Shown in pieces: positions 11,131 to 47,013 of a DNA stretch of 64,000 nt. The position numbers and the translations under genes were made by a program. Source of the DNA: Chrysomallon squamiferum (taxonomy: Eukaryota > Animalia > Mollusca); the NCBI GenBank assembly GCA_012295275.1, contig CM022668.1, forward strand, positions 10,602,001 to 10,666,000. Direction: 5' to 3'. The first letter of the stretch is position 1. Each line of letters begins with the position of its first letter. Below the pieces are notes generated by a model. That model saw only the letters and a program-made list of their open reading frames with translations, was not told the origin of the DNA and made no database searches.

Positions 11131-13620
11131 TATTAATAATATGCAGACAAAGAAACACATCCAGAGAGAGTGATTTAACTTTGTATTAAAGTTTATATCA
11201 TGCTTTTTATTATGCTTTATTACCTAAACAAAAAAAAATAGTAAAAATAAATAAAAATATATAAATCACGCACCGAGAGAGAAAAATATTATACTCTTTT
11301 TTTAAAGTTCATTTAACGAAGGGAAAGTTATTTGTTTTTATTACTGAATATTGATTTCTCTAAAAATTTATAAAAATATGATTTTTGTTCTTTTTATTAA
11401 ATTTGATAAGTAAAACATCACAACAAGAAGAAAGATTTATTAAATTTGTTATTCAGTTTAATTATTAGTTTATTATCTGACTCACCAAATACTTCAACTT
11501 CACAGAAATCCATCGCTGTTCCAGCGTTATGAAATCTAGGATCATAAACATCATTGTTTGTTCCCTGATACAGTGTGATGTACTGAGCCATGTTGTTACA
11601 TGTTACACGTGTTACATCCGGGCTGTTTATTGTTGTTACACCACACAGGTGACTGGTGCTAGTCTGGTTCATCTTCAAAGAACTGTAGACGTGAACATCA
11701 TTTCTACGAGGTGTGTCTGTGAGTAAAAGAAAAAAATATGATTATTATCGAACATTTTCCTGTTGGTTTCGCTCTTAGAACTAATTATTTTTTTATAAAA
11801 AAGTCTTATTCCAGTGGCTGAGATGTCAATTAAAAGCTAGTGATTTTATTTATTACTTTGAATATATTAATAATGAATTCTGAAATAAGTGAAATAAGTA
11901 ATACATTCTTAGAATATTAGTTATTAATCTGAGAGCTACCAAAAATTATTTTCATTTTAATTTTACATCTCTCTCGACAATGACAATTTGTTTCTTTTTA
12001 CTTGTATATGTGTGTGTAAATTTTTAATCTTGATACATCTTCCTCCTGCAGGTTAATCTTTACACGATAATACTTTGCATATCTGACGATCTTATGTTTC
12101 GAAAAATATAGATTTTATTACATAATTTAATTCTGATTTTCTCAAGAATTACAGTTAACATTTACTTACAATCTGTTCTGAAGTGAATGTCAAGATGATG
12201 TATATAATAATGTTTTCCAAGATCCACTTCCCACCACGAGAATTGACCTTTTAATGATGTAAATACACACAAAGCATAGTTTTGTTCTTCGTAATTGCCA
12301 TCAACAGCTAGATGTGGATTATTAGAGTCTCCTGTCTGATATGCAGTTTTGTTTAATATTACGTTTTCTGAAATAAAATTTTTAAAATTAAAACTTTAAA
12401 GAACTTCTTTAAATACGTTCATGGTATAAGAAGATGTGAGATCTGTTCAGTTATTATTATTACTATCATTATGATTATTATTTTTATTATTATTGATTAT
12501 AGTATCGAACCATTTATCCGAACTCCAGAAATCTGGGTTTTTTTATTTTCATTTTATATATATTTATATATATATGACTTTCGCGTTGAATGACTTCAGT
12601 TTGTGTATAGCTGTGCACAAGTGATCCTATATCAGTAAGTCATTACCATAAACTCGTATACATGTGTAAAATAACTATGTAATTACTTATAGTGTTCTTT
12701 CTTTTTGTTTTTCGTCCGATATATTACACCTGGTACTGTAAGAAATTTAAGTGGTCTTAACAAGTGCGTTAATTTGTTTACGTCGATATCTTTTGAATAC
12801 AAATTATGTTGTTGTTGTTCATTTTTTTTTTTTTATTTTTATTTTTATTTTATTTTTTTTTTATTTTTTATATATATATATATTTTGTTTTTCTTCCTAT
12901 TTATTATACTTAGTATTATCTATCGTTATTTTAAAAATCTCAGCAGATTAGTAAAGATCAAAAAAACACTGCTTTAACAGTATAGAGATTTGTATCTAAT
13001 ACACATAGTGTTTTTCTTCTTCTTTTGTCAAATTTGTGTTTTAACTTTTTATTTTATTCTATTGAGTTTATTTACTTTTTATTTACTTATTACAATTTTT
13101 TCATCATTATTATTATTTATTTTATATTTCAAACATATAATTACGGACCACCTACAATCCCAAACTTGCCTGTGCTGTACCTGAATTACTATTGTCATTA
13201 TCATTATCATTTTCAACATCATCAATATTATTATTACCATCATCATTATCACTTGAATCATCATTATTCCCATTTGAATAATTACTACTGTCATTATTAC
13301 CATCACCATCATAATCATTATAATGACTATTGCTGTTGTTGTTGTACATATTCATACCTTTCCATTTTATTTATTATAAAATATTAAAGTAGTTCTTTAA
13401 CTTGCGGATGCGTTTACAATACAATGAGTTAGTAAGCTGTAATATTATATAAAATGGAAAATGTTACTCAGTTTGTGTAGAGTTAAAATACAACACTACC
13501 AATTGTACACTTTGGTCCTGACCATCCTTTATTGCAGTTTGTGTTTGAACATCCTGTGACGTCATCACATCCAGAATTACAGTGACAGACGTACTTACAG
13601 TCTAAACCATACTGACCCGC
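6157..13620 (-). pseudogene. Receptor copy A: EGF-FTP-EGFn-TM-Tyr-motif tail, disrupted as assembled
   Basis: Exons: EGF0 partial 13500-13620, FTP1 12170-12367, FTP2 11486-11716, EGF1 10925-11052 (-1 nt), EGF2 10328-10480, EGF3 9870-10016 (indels, TAA), EGF4 9238-9378, EGF5 8656-8798 (-4 nt), EGF6 8272-8415, EGF7 remnant 7350-7456, TM 7133-7244 (ETIKNTEYEELKSKITALSAVTGVVCVLLLTAVIVFIL), tail 6157-6436 (YEIV, YVNA, YETL, IYEKI). Complete exons have GT-AG borders. The lesions may be sequencing errors. Confidence 0.8.
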
Positions 13621-13939
13621 GGTAAATGACAATATAATTATTGTTATTGTTGTTATTATTGAATTTAATAATTAAAACATATCAACATTAAAAGAAAATA
13701 CGCAATAACTACGCTATATGCGGTATTAAAATTTACTTTATTGTCCGTTATTACCCAAGTTATGATTCAAGTTACTATCTTTGCCTAAAATCCATGCCTT
13801 TAATCATGTAAATGTTAGGAAGATTCCAAAAGTATTTTAAGAAAATCTGTTGATATAATGAGGTAATGTGTTTTTGAAAAATACAGGTTCTGTTACAGAC
13901 TTAATTCTAATTTTCATGAAAATTACAGTTATTTTCTTT

Positions 13940-14931
13940 TCTGAAGTGGATGTCAAGTTGATGTATATAATATTGTTTTCCCAGATCCACTTCCCACCAC
14001 GAGAATGGATCATTTACAGGTGTCAGTATACAAAACTTTCCATAGAATCCTTCTTTGTAATTCCCATCTACAGCTAGGGAAGAATCAGCATAATATCCTG
14101 TCTCATATGTAGTTTTGCTTAAAGCTACGTTTTCTGAAATAAAATGCATAAACAACAGATTTAAGTGTGTACAAAAGTGATTGTTTTGGGGTTGGGTTTT
14201 TTTGGAACTATTATCAGTTCTGTTTGAAAACATATAAAAAATATTTTATTTATATTACTCCATCCGTTCATCCATCCAAGAAAACATCGTCTTCCTTTTT
14301 AAATTAAAATATGAATAATAGAATCATCAATAAATGAACTGATAATACAATAACAACGAAATGAATGCCCTTGTATAGAGAGCATAACCAGTTGTACTAA
14401 AAGTGCTACTGCTACAACTGCTATGACAACTAATATGGCTACTTTTACTAATACAACTACTACAACTATAGTCATTATCATTATCTTGCGATTGTTACAA
14501 TTTGTAGAATGCTTGTTATTATTATTAATATTATTATTTCAAATTCTTTTCTATCTTAATTAGTGCAAACTATCGGTAAAATTGGTATACAGTTAAATTA
14601 CAACACTACCAATTGTACACTTTGGTCCAGACCATCCTCTATTGCAGTTTGTGTTAGAACATCCTGTGACGTCATCACATCCAGAATTACAGTGACAGAC
14701 GTGTGTGTGCGTGCGCGCGCCTGTGTGTGTTTATGTATGGGTATACGATTGAGTCTGTGTGTGTTTGTGAATATGTGTATATCGTAGTTGTCACAGTTGT
14801 TGTAGTTGTTGTTGCCATTATTATTATTATTATTATAATCATCATCATCATCATATCCTACCTGTAATTACACACACAAGGAAATTCAGACATATTCTAT
14901 GAATAAATAAATACATCCGAAACGACGCCAT
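13940..14931 (-). pseudogene. Receptor 5' fragment A' (signal peptide, partial EGF0, FTP1 lacking its donor); near-duplicate of copy D
   Basis: Signal exon 14862-14931 MASFRMYLFIHRICLNFLVCVIT|GT; EGF0 remnant 14610-14702; FTP1 about 13940-14133 ENVALSKTTYETGYYADSSLAVDG...WWEVDLG...HFR with the GTAAGT donor deleted. 13625-15090 parallels 47045-48960. Confidence 0.75.
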
Positions 14932-15223
14932 TTTTATCTTCTTTCTTTCTTTTGATTTCTCTCAAGCATGAAGTATAGTTACAGGTAGCTACACAGGTAC
15001 ATACCGAAAGAGAAAATAATAACTAGGTCACACAGAGCTAACTTGTAAAACTGGTTTAAGAATTTAATTTTGGAAACGTTCGGTTTAGTTAAAGGATTAA
15101 TTTGATAATAGTAGTTTATGTTTAGACTGTCTCTTTCAATAAAATATACAATATATTAGTATTAGAAAGACCAGCAAGAAGCATGTATATATGTATATGA
15201 TGATGATAATAATAATAATAATA

Positions 15224-15260
<37 letters not shown>

Positions 15261-17005
15261 GTAAATAAATAAATAAAAAGAAAAGCAGAAGATACATATA
15301 AACATACAAAACTCTGCTGACAAACATGAATAGCACATATTTATATATGCAGACGCACATATACACAAACACACATGCGCACCCATACAACACCTATATT
15401 AAAACCCGAGACACATATAATGTATGCAGTTTCAACAGACCCACTGAATAACAAAGGACACTCACACAGAGAACACAAATACGAACACAGGCCACGGATA
15501 TATGACTGAAGTGACTTCTACCTAATCGCGTGGATACAAAACAGCGAGGTTCACAAAAGCACACTTAAACATGCTAAGCCATAAACAGAACAAAGAGAGA
15601 AAAGAAGTCTGTGTGTGGGAGAACAGAGAGGTTAGGACACATTTCAATCTCTAACTAGAACATATATCGAGAAAGAAATCCTGAAAGCTGTTCAAATAAA
15701 ACTTTCATTGTATATGAGCATTCATGAATGTTTGTAATACCCTGAGTTGTTATTTTTTTTAAAACAATTTATGTTTTTAAAAAATTATCTCAACCTACCC
15801 GATGCATTTGTCTTTAGAACATAAAATGACTCTATTGGATTAGAAAACTGTTTCATTATTATAAAGATGCTAAATGGATATACGAAATAAATATACAACA
15901 TAATGCCAGAGACTGTGTACATTCAGTTTATTTTAAACTGTTCATCGCAGAGAAACAATTACCAGGTCGTTGATGCAATCATATTTCTAAATATTTTTAG
16001 AATCCCGTATCACAAAAATTAGCAACACGTGGAACACGTGCATGTGAAATGCTAGTAACACGTGCATGTCAAATGCTGGTAACACGTGCATGTCAGATGG
16101 CAATATAATGTCTGCGGAAGTTCTGGCTAATTAAGAAAATAACAGATACAAAAAACAGGTCAATGAAAATAATTTCTACACTGTTAATTGCTTGGTGGTC
16201 CAAGCTGTCCCGGATTTCTTACATTTAGTTAACAGACACTGAAAAATAAAATACTTGTGCACAGATAACACTTAATCATGACAACAGAAATACACTGTTT
16301 TCTATTACATTTCAGTAATATAATCTTAACTGTTGAATAACCCTGCATTTGTACACGACAGTTATCTTTCTGATTGTATCTATGAAATAGTTTCAGTGCC
16401 AGATCAGTCTCACATAGACAACGAATTACTTCCGGGTACACTAAATATGAATATTGAAAACGTAGTTAATGTCTATATTTTGTTTAGTGGCATTTACATA
16501 GAGATGCTAACGTCAATAAACTGAGTGTGTTGTTTATTGAAATTCAGTGAGGTTACTCTGAACTGAATAAGAAAAATAATACATAGGAATAATGATAGTA
16601 TATCTAGATATGCAAAACAAGTGTGCGTTACACACTAAGTATAGGAACTATTTTATTTACAATGTGTGCTGCAGAACAAATACTGTTTGTGTAGCAGCCA
16701 ACAGAGTTTATGAAATATCTAAAGGTGTTTCAGGAAACATGTAAAAGTAATACTACAGTTTGTACAACTGATAACCACTGTTAATCTTACAGTTACTATT
16801 AATACCACTCTTACCATTACTGCTGCAATAGGTAGTGTCTGTCTTTTGTCTCTATGTAAGTGTATAATATTTTACGTGTAGATACAAACAGACATTCACC
16901 AGGACATGAACGTAGCTCCAGCTTTTAGAACTACTTTATTATCTTGTGTAATTTTTTATATTTTTATTTATTATGTCTCTTTTTGTTGATTTTTATCCTA
17001 TTTAA

Positions 17006-17049
<44 letters not shown>

Positions 17050-18005
17050 GATGCATTTGTCGAAATATGTTTGCAGTATCATGTTTTAGTACTAATATTT
17101 CTGGACGAATTGTAAGCAGTCGAAATGCCTACTCAGTCTTATAAAAGTTTGCATCTACGTTTCCGTAAGTGAGTATGTGTATATGGGTATTTCGCTATAT
17201 ATATATGCATCTGTTACTATGTATGTGTATGTATGTAAGGGTGTACTTTTTTCTATGTATGTGTGTATCTGAACATACACACACATATCTATCTATATAT
17301 ATATAGGTATGTATGGATGAAGATATGTATTTTGAGCAAAATAGAAACAAAAGACGAAAATACAATACAAATAATACCAACAAAAACGAAACAAAGATAA
17401 ATGGCTGATAAATATGAGTATGTATTTATAAAATAACATACATCTGTGTCTCAATATTTTAAAACAAGAAGAAGACATGAATATAAGGAAACTCATATTT
17501 CAATATTATTACATTTTACTAAGTAACAGTTATGAGTATTATTATCTTTTTATTTAATTTTTTCTTACGTGACTTTTTGTGTACGTTTAACCAGACGAGA
17601 TAGCTACTCAGTCTTTTGTTTAAAAATAGGCAGCAGTTATTTTCGTTGTGCAGTTAGTAGCACATGTAGCTGTTACGTGTAAACAAATTATTAATAATCA
17701 TTAAATTAAAAGTTCTCACAGATCGAACACTGACTGATTTCAATGATGAACACGCTAAAAGATTTCTTCCTGATCGTTTTGATTATCTCAGACAAAGAGT
17801 GGGCGAAGAACAGTCCATGTTCATAACTCCAAACAGTAAATTAGACAATTAGTTTAGAAAACTTAAAAACATTTTGAGAAATGATGATATAGAGGAATGG
17901 TTCAGTAATATCAGTTACGTGATAATGTACACGTTCCTAGGAACCGAGCTAAGTAATTCCAGCAGTGTGATTTGGTTTGTCTATTATTATTATTATTATT
18001 ATTAT

Positions 18006-18050
<45 letters not shown>

Positions 18051-18205
18051 TAGCAGCAGCAGTTGTACTATTAGTATTAGTATAATTATCAGTACTATTA
18101 GTTGTAGTATTAGTGGTAGCAGTAACTTTTTGGACAATAATTAATATACTGCAGATCTCATAACATGTAAGATGTTTGGTTTTATAAAAAAGTATGCTGT
18201 GCACC

Positions 18206-24895
<6,690 letters not shown>

Positions 24896-25888
24896 CTGAA
24901 ATAAAACATAAATTAAAACTTTTAAATATGTATACATAAATGATTTTGTTTTTTCTTTTTGAGCTAATATCAGTTATATTTGAAAACCCCCAATGAAATA
25001 TATTAATTATATAAACCATCCATCCATCTGTTCAACCACTTATCTCAAATACCTTAAGAAAATATATGAATACATACGTAAATTATTAAAACTTGGGAAA
25101 TGTATTCATGGGCTAGTCAGATGTATTTTTATATTTCCATGTAATGTAGTATACCCTAATATATAGTTAAAGGACAGCATTGTCAGTTGTACTACTACTA
25201 CTACTAAATATGTACACAAATTATTTTTTCTTTTTCAGCTAATGTCAGTTCTGTTTGAATTTCCACAATAGAAGTATTAAATGTATAAATCCATCTCTTA
25301 TTTACTCACCCATCCATCATTAGTCTATCGTCCATCCCTTCTTAATTAAGAAAATAATAAAGAAAATAATGAACTGACAATAAAATAATAACGAATGATA
25401 ATGATGATGATAATAATAATAATAATTGTAAATACGTTAGAAAAGTTTAAAAAATAAATAATAAAAAAGTAATAATAAAAAATAAAAAGGTATTCATGGG
25501 CTAGTCAGCTGTATTTTTATAGCTGTACGCAATATATTATACACTTAATATATAGTTAACTACTACTACTACAGTCATAGTAATAGTATAGTGCAAGTAA
25601 TGTTAATAATAATAATAATAATGATAATGATGATTATGATGAAGACAACAACAGCAACAACATTAATTAGATAATAACTATAACTACAACAACAACAACG
25701 ATACTATTACACTGCTACTACTACTACTACTACAAGTACTACTACTACTACTACTACTATTACTACTGCTGCTGCTACTACTGCTATTACTACTAGTACT
25801 ACTACCACTGTCCCACCTAATATTAATACTGCCTCAGATAACGATAACGGGTGGGAAAAAGATAAATGAATAATCTAACAACAAAAAC

Positions 25889-25962
<74 letters not shown>

Positions 25963-26009
25963 TAACAGATAAATAAATAAATAAATAAAAATAATAATAA
26001 ACGAAAAGA

Positions 26010-26075
26010 ATAACGTGGCATTGCAGAGAATTGAACCTACGACGTTACAGACGTGAACGATGTTAACTACATGAA
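26010..26075 (-). mobile_element. tRNA-derived SINE head remnant
   Basis: Minus strand ...GTCGTAGGTTCAATTCTCTGCAATGCCACG is B-box-like and followed by an AT-rich tail; no intact cloverleaf. Confidence 0.35.
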
Positions 26076-26360
26076 CAACAAGACATCAGGTATCGCTGAC
26101 AACAGGTTACAGACGTAAATTCGGACACTGGCCTTTCATCGATTGTTCAGATTTGAACAGATTCTAACAATAGACTGACTACACCATAACAGCTTCACAC
26201 TTCAGTGACAGGTAGACAAAGACCAGGTAATGTTTGATCTTTATATTGACACAAAACATTATATACACATAGACACTCACAAACGTACACGCAACAGATA
26301 CATGTACAGATACATAATATCCATATATATGCATTGCACATGTAATGGAATAATCTTTAT

Positions 26361-26398
<38 letters not shown>

Positions 26399-26513
26399 CT
26401 TTTTCCATTTTATACACACTGATAGAGAAAATAACAACTAGGTCACACAGAAATATGTGTAGTCTTCATTTGTTTTTAATCTGACTTGTAAAACTGGCTT
26501 AAAAAGTTTAAAG

Positions 26514-26564
<51 letters not shown>

Positions 26565-26583
26565 ATGTGTATGTATATATATG

Positions 26584-26623
<40 letters not shown>

Positions 26624-27111
26624 TACATACATAGATAGATATGTCCGTATGTATGTATAAAAAAGAAAAAGAAAAAGAAAAGCAAAAATGCTGTGTTTAT
26701 GTAATCGTTGAATGGAAGCAGTGTGAATGTTAAGTGTAGATATACACTGAATAACAAAGACACAATTCAGGGTGTAACCAGACAGTTTTCAAAAGCAGGT
26801 ATAGAAATCAAAACATTATTTTCACTAGCGTCGTGTACAGCAGTTAATATGCAAAAGAAGCTTAGTAAAGTGAACTTTATAAAATAATTTTGTGTAGCTC
26901 AGTGGTTCGTAATCTCGTCAGTTTAAGTAATGCGTGACAGGGTTATGAACTTAGTTTACCTCTCATCTAAAAAAACAATAACAATTTTTAATTTGTTTTT
27001 AAATAAAAAGTAGATAAAGAATAAAGAAGAAAGTTATAAAAAGTCCTAAAAAACCCCAGAGAAACCATCTAACTGATTTAATCTTCTTGCATCATAAATA
27101 TTTTTATATAC

Positions 27112-27435
27112 ACATTCAGAGACTTAATCATACAGACACACACACATATCTATGTATTCAATCACTCAGATACAGACTTAATTATACAGACACAGACACA
27201 TATCTATGTATTCAATCACTCAAATACAGACTTAATTATACAGACACAGACACATATCTATGTATTCAATCACTCAAATACAGACTTAATCATACAGACA
27301 CACACACATATCTATGTATTCAATCACTCAAATACAGACTTAATTATACAGACACAGACACATATCTATGTATTCAATCACTCAAATACAGACTTAATTA
27401 TACAGACACAGACACATATCTATATATTCAATCAC
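27112..27435. repeat. 54-bp minisatellite, about 6 copies
   Basis: Unit CAGACTTAATTATACAGACACAGACACATATCTATGTATTCAATCACTCAAATA; explains the repetitive ORF 27087-27563. Confidence 0.9.
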
Positions 27436-28111
27436 ACATAACTAAGCATGCAGACACACACATTTATATATTCATAACAGTTGTATTTTACCCCGAAGTA
27501 TTGCGAGCTATTTTATTATATTCTTTATTTAGACACATGCATGTAGAAAACCTGTTTGTGTAACAGTCCACTCTCTCTGTTAGCTAATGAAATCTCTACT
27601 TCCTGCTTGACAGAGACTGAACGATGGCGACGTGGTCACGGAATGACTTGTGTTTTTTTACAGTGTTTCTGTGTTTTATTATTAATGTGATTTCGGGTAA
27701 GATATAACTGTAATACTACTGTTTATACGACTTTTAACACTGTGACTTGTAATACTGCTAATACTTCCACTAGACATATTATTACTATACTACTTCCACT
27801 ACTGCTGCTGCTTTTACTACTACTGATACTACTGCTAGTATGATCACTAGTAGTGCCGATATACTGCTATTACGCATAATACTACTATAACCACTGTTAT
27901 TGCTACTACTGCTATTACTTCTACAAGAACAACAACAAATACTACTACTACCTTAATAACTATTATTACGAGAGATGGACATATTACAAACCATTTTAAA
28001 ATAAATTATGGTAATCAGTCATGTAGCAAGTTAACTAATACTCCTCTCCAAAAATGAAACAAAAAATTAGTAATAGAAATTATAAAGTAATATATATATA
28101 TATAACAAATA

Positions 28112-28776
28112 CATTGGTACCTTGACTTACGAGTGCCCCCAGTTACGAGTTTTTCGAGTTACGAGCAGTGAGTCGTGTGGTCGATATATTGCTTTCAGAT
28201 GCGAGCCGAAATCCGAGTTACGAGCGAGTTTCAGATACGCCGCCGCTAGTTAGCGCAGCGATCAACACAACATCCGGCCAGCATCCCACATCTCAGTCGT
28301 TTAGTTCACTTGGTGACCTCGCCACGGAAACATTTCTGTTGTGTTGTGTTCACGTTTTGCGCAGTATTTTTTAACAGATCGTAAGAAAGTGAGTGCAAAG
28401 AACAGAGTTGAGAAGAAGAAGATCATGTCCTTTCAGTTAAAGCATGAAAAACATGAGTGAGGTGTGCGTATATTCAGCATGGCTAGGCAGTACGAGCGTA
28501 GTAAATTTAAGATGTACCCTACTGAAGCAGAAGGAGTCGATAAAGTGTGTAACTTCAGCAAACAGGCGTTAAAATAATTTGTCTGATCTCGAAGATAAAT
28601 ACTCTTTACAAAACCAGTTTATTTCTTTACTTTCTCTTTTATTCAATGTTCTTATACAATATTTGTCATTTTATAAACACATTTTTGTTATTTAAAAGCA
28701 CAATATACATACGAGCTGATTTCAGTTACGAGCTCTCTCAATGAACGAATTAAACTCGTAAGTCAAGGTACCACTG
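28112..28776 (+). mobile_element. Non-autonomous Tigger/pogo-like (Tc1/mariner superfamily) DNA transposon
   Basis: TIRs CA(T/G)TGGTACCTTGACTTACGAGT ... ACTCGTAAGTCAAGGTACCACTG are flanked by TA on both sides. Inside is a decayed TIGD1-like N-terminus (KKVSAK...EKKK...KHE.GVR...ARQYERS...LKQKESIK) at about 28383-28580. Confidence 0.85.
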
Positions 28777-29167
28777 TACTTGCAAAATGAAAACACAGTG
28801 GTTACCCGGACCTCTTTGCTGATTCCGAAGGGTTCCCTAACTGTTCAAGCTTCAGAGCCCACCCCGAAATGTAGATCCGCCACAAACTATTAATACTACA
28901 ATTACTATAGTTCTACTACATCTAGTACTACTAAAGGTACTGCTATTACTACACTCATTACTAATTATTATTTCTATAACTACTACTACTATTAGTACTA
29001 CTATTATTACTGTTACTATTGCCTCTACAAATAATATTACTGACATTATTGGTACTTTTACTATTCCTGTTATCAATTCTAATTATTAGTAGTACTTCTA
29101 CTACTGCTACATTTAGGACTACTGCTTCTGCTACTACTGCTCTTATTATTATATCAATAACTGGGTA

Positions 29168-29210
<43 letters not shown>

Positions 29211-30782
29211 ATAATCAGTGTGTATACCAATCTGTCTGTCTGTTACTCTATCAAGGACTCTGTATATAAGTCTGAATATATGTACAAATGTAAATCATGT
29301 ATATGAATTGTATACACAAACTAGCAGCAGCGCACACTTATCACCTCCAAAACATACGTAGCCTTAGTTACACTGTCTTGTTTAGACGTTACAGTGACGT
29401 GTATACACATCATTTAACACAAATAGAGAACTTTTCATTGCAGAGTATCACTAAGTTTTTATTTTTTGAAAACTAAACACAACATAATGAAATATAAACG
29501 ACTAGAATGATGGCATTTGATAAGAAATAGTTTACTGTGAGTATGAAATAATACGTGTTTAAGAAATAGTTTGAATATTTAATGTTCTGCAAAGTATCCA
29601 GAGACAAAATTCCAGATGTTTTCTGTCAACTGATGATGATTATTAGACTGAAAAATTGTACTCATACTAATTACTTATAAACATGGAGAAAAATATCTGA
29701 TACTCACATACTAAGTAAGACACGGTGACACACCCGTACGCACAGACGCACACGCACGCACACACACACACGCACACCCTTATAACTATAGATACAAAAA
29801 AGAGACAAATATAATAACATATAAATATAAACGCACACAAAGATAAAGACATAAATATAGATATATACAGGAAAACATACAAGTACGTATATAGAGAACT
29901 ATAAAACACTTTCACATATATAAATGTAGAAACACGGAAACACACATTTATATGTAGAGAATACTGATATACATGAACGGCATACTCAGAGAAACACGGA
30001 AATATATTTAGAGCGACACATACACAAACACAGAAACGCATAAACATAGGTACGTAGAGAAACATACGCACGAAAATAAAGAAACACAGAAACACTCCCA
30101 GACACATACATAGCGAAACAAGAAACAGATGCATACGTACACATTTACAAACATAAAGACATAGACTCGTACAACACACATAAACATCACGCAAACATGC
30201 ACATTTCAGTTATAAATTCTTTTCGTTTTTTTTATTCACTGAAAATAAATTAGAAGTAATCTAGATAGTTACATTTTATTCAAACCCGTACTTAGATAGA
30301 GCAGACCCCAGACACATCCCTGATAAACGAGTCACGCAACAGCAAACAGTAAATGTTTAAACGAATCTAATTTCTACAGCTTAACATCACCGTGTCACGC
30401 TTTAAACTCGAATTAAGTCTGCATTTGAGAAAGCAGCTCCTGTAGCTTTCAACAGCCACGTCTTGTGTGCACGCTGCGCAAAACATAAATACACGTGTTT
30501 TAAACAGATAAAACATCGCAGTGTCGTAGTCGTTTCGAAAGGTAACCTGAACAAAGACTCAGCATAATTAAACATATCTCAGAGTTTGTAAAGTGTCTTA
30601 AAAGGAATGTAGTGATTTGTAGTTTAAAAACGACTAATATTAAATCTGTGAAACAAACTGTAGACTATCAAATAGACACAGATAGACAGTTATACACACA
30701 TTCTCCCAAATGTAACGACATGTATATGTATGTGTGTATATGTATGTATGTATATATGTGTGTATGTATGCATGTATGTATG

Positions 30783-30815
<33 letters not shown>

Positions 30816-30937
30816 TTGTCAATGTGCTTGTTATACACAGACATACAGTTACAGGCATATACATTCCGACATATATGAACGTAAGTATTCAAACACTAAT
30901 ATACTAAGATAAGCTTTCATAAAAATAATGAAATAAT

Positions 30938-30978
<41 letters not shown>

Positions 30979-31374
30979 TTCATGAACAGAATTTCTAATA
31001 CAGCTAGACACTTTGCCCATGACAAGCATACTTGGATAATCTCTACTAGAAACTTGTTAATACAAACATATCAGCTGTTGAGTTTGTGAAGAAATGTAAC
31101 AAAAATCAAAGTTATTTTCTCAATACTAAACTGTAAAGTTAAATCTATGATTACAAGCTGAGAAATCAGTTTGGTTTCTGCTTTATAAAGCATATGTGTT
31201 TGTGTGTGTGTGAGTGTGTGTATATGCATGTATATGTATTTATATGTGTGTGTGTGTGTACATCTGTGTATGTGTCTGTGTTTACATGTTTCTTGAATAT
31301 TTGCTACAAAATAAAAAATAAATTAAAAATAAATTAATGTGATATAAAGAAAAAACAATATGTTCTATTATTAA

Positions 31375-31413
<39 letters not shown>

Positions 31414-31657
31414 GAAAAAGAAATGATGTTGTACAATGATATTAATACACCAATCACAGAACAACTTTCTGCTTTATTTTAACCTTCAGCTAAAAGTTGT
31501 TTAAATCTTTCTAAATCTCACCTGTTGATTTTACTTACCTGTATGAGGTCAGAACACTTTACACAGTCCCAGAAAAACTGGGGTTTCATGTTTGGAGTAA
31601 ATAAACTTTTGTTGTTTTGGCTTTAGATATAAGATAACTATGTAGCAAAGGAAAATA

Positions 31658-31758
<101 letters not shown>

Positions 31759-31802
31759 TGTGTGTGTGTGTATAACTAATGGTTTAAGTATTTTAATTTC
31801 AG

Positions 31803-46355
<14,553 letters not shown>

Positions 46356-46605
46356 GTATGTTATAAATACAACCATTACTACACCTACCACTTCTCTACT
46401 ACTACAACAAAAACAACTACTACTACCACAACAACAACAACAACTATTATTATTATTATTAATTTAATAATGTGTCATTTTAAATAAATATATGAAAGTT
46501 GAAATAAATAAAATTATTACAAAATGTTCTGTGAGTTTCCTTTTGTATATTTTTATAGTCTAATTGAAATTAGTAATGTTCAGCATAATGTAACAAATAT
46601 ATATA

Positions 46606-46805
46606 NNNNNNNNNNNNNNNNNNNNNNNNNNNNNNNNNNNNNNNNNNNNNNNNNNNNNNNNNNNNNNNNNNNNNNNNNNNNNNNNNNNNNNNNNNNNNNN
46701 NNNNNNNNNNNNNNNNNNNNNNNNNNNNNNNNNNNNNNNNNNNNNNNNNNNNNNNNNNNNNNNNNNNNNNNNNNNNNNNNNNNNNNNNNNNNNNNNNNNN
46801 NNNNN
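46606..46805. other. Assembly gap (200 N)
   Basis: Run of N separating the 3' end of copy C (+) from the FTP2 exon start of copy D (-). Confidence 1.
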
Positions 46806-46846
46806 ACGTGTCTGTAAGTAAAGAAAATGCAGTATTTACTCATCTC

Positions 46847-46934
<88 letters not shown>

Positions 46935-46935
46935 G

Positions 46936-47013
<78 letters not shown>

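Noticed and set aside
26890-26960. TAGCTCAGTGG A-box suggesting a tRNA gene (also inverted near 52660-52715)
   Set aside because: No proper B-box or cloverleaf; at most a decayed SINE head.
28796-28885. GC-richer segment ending GTAGATCCGCCAC, resembling a common invertebrate repeat terminus
   Set aside because: Too short, with no matching second terminus, to classify.
29667-30194. 175-aa hydrophobic ORF repeated almost identically at 49763-50290
   Set aside because: TG/TA-rich low-complexity DNA; the identity is explained by the recent inverted duplication, and there is no domain or splice signal support.
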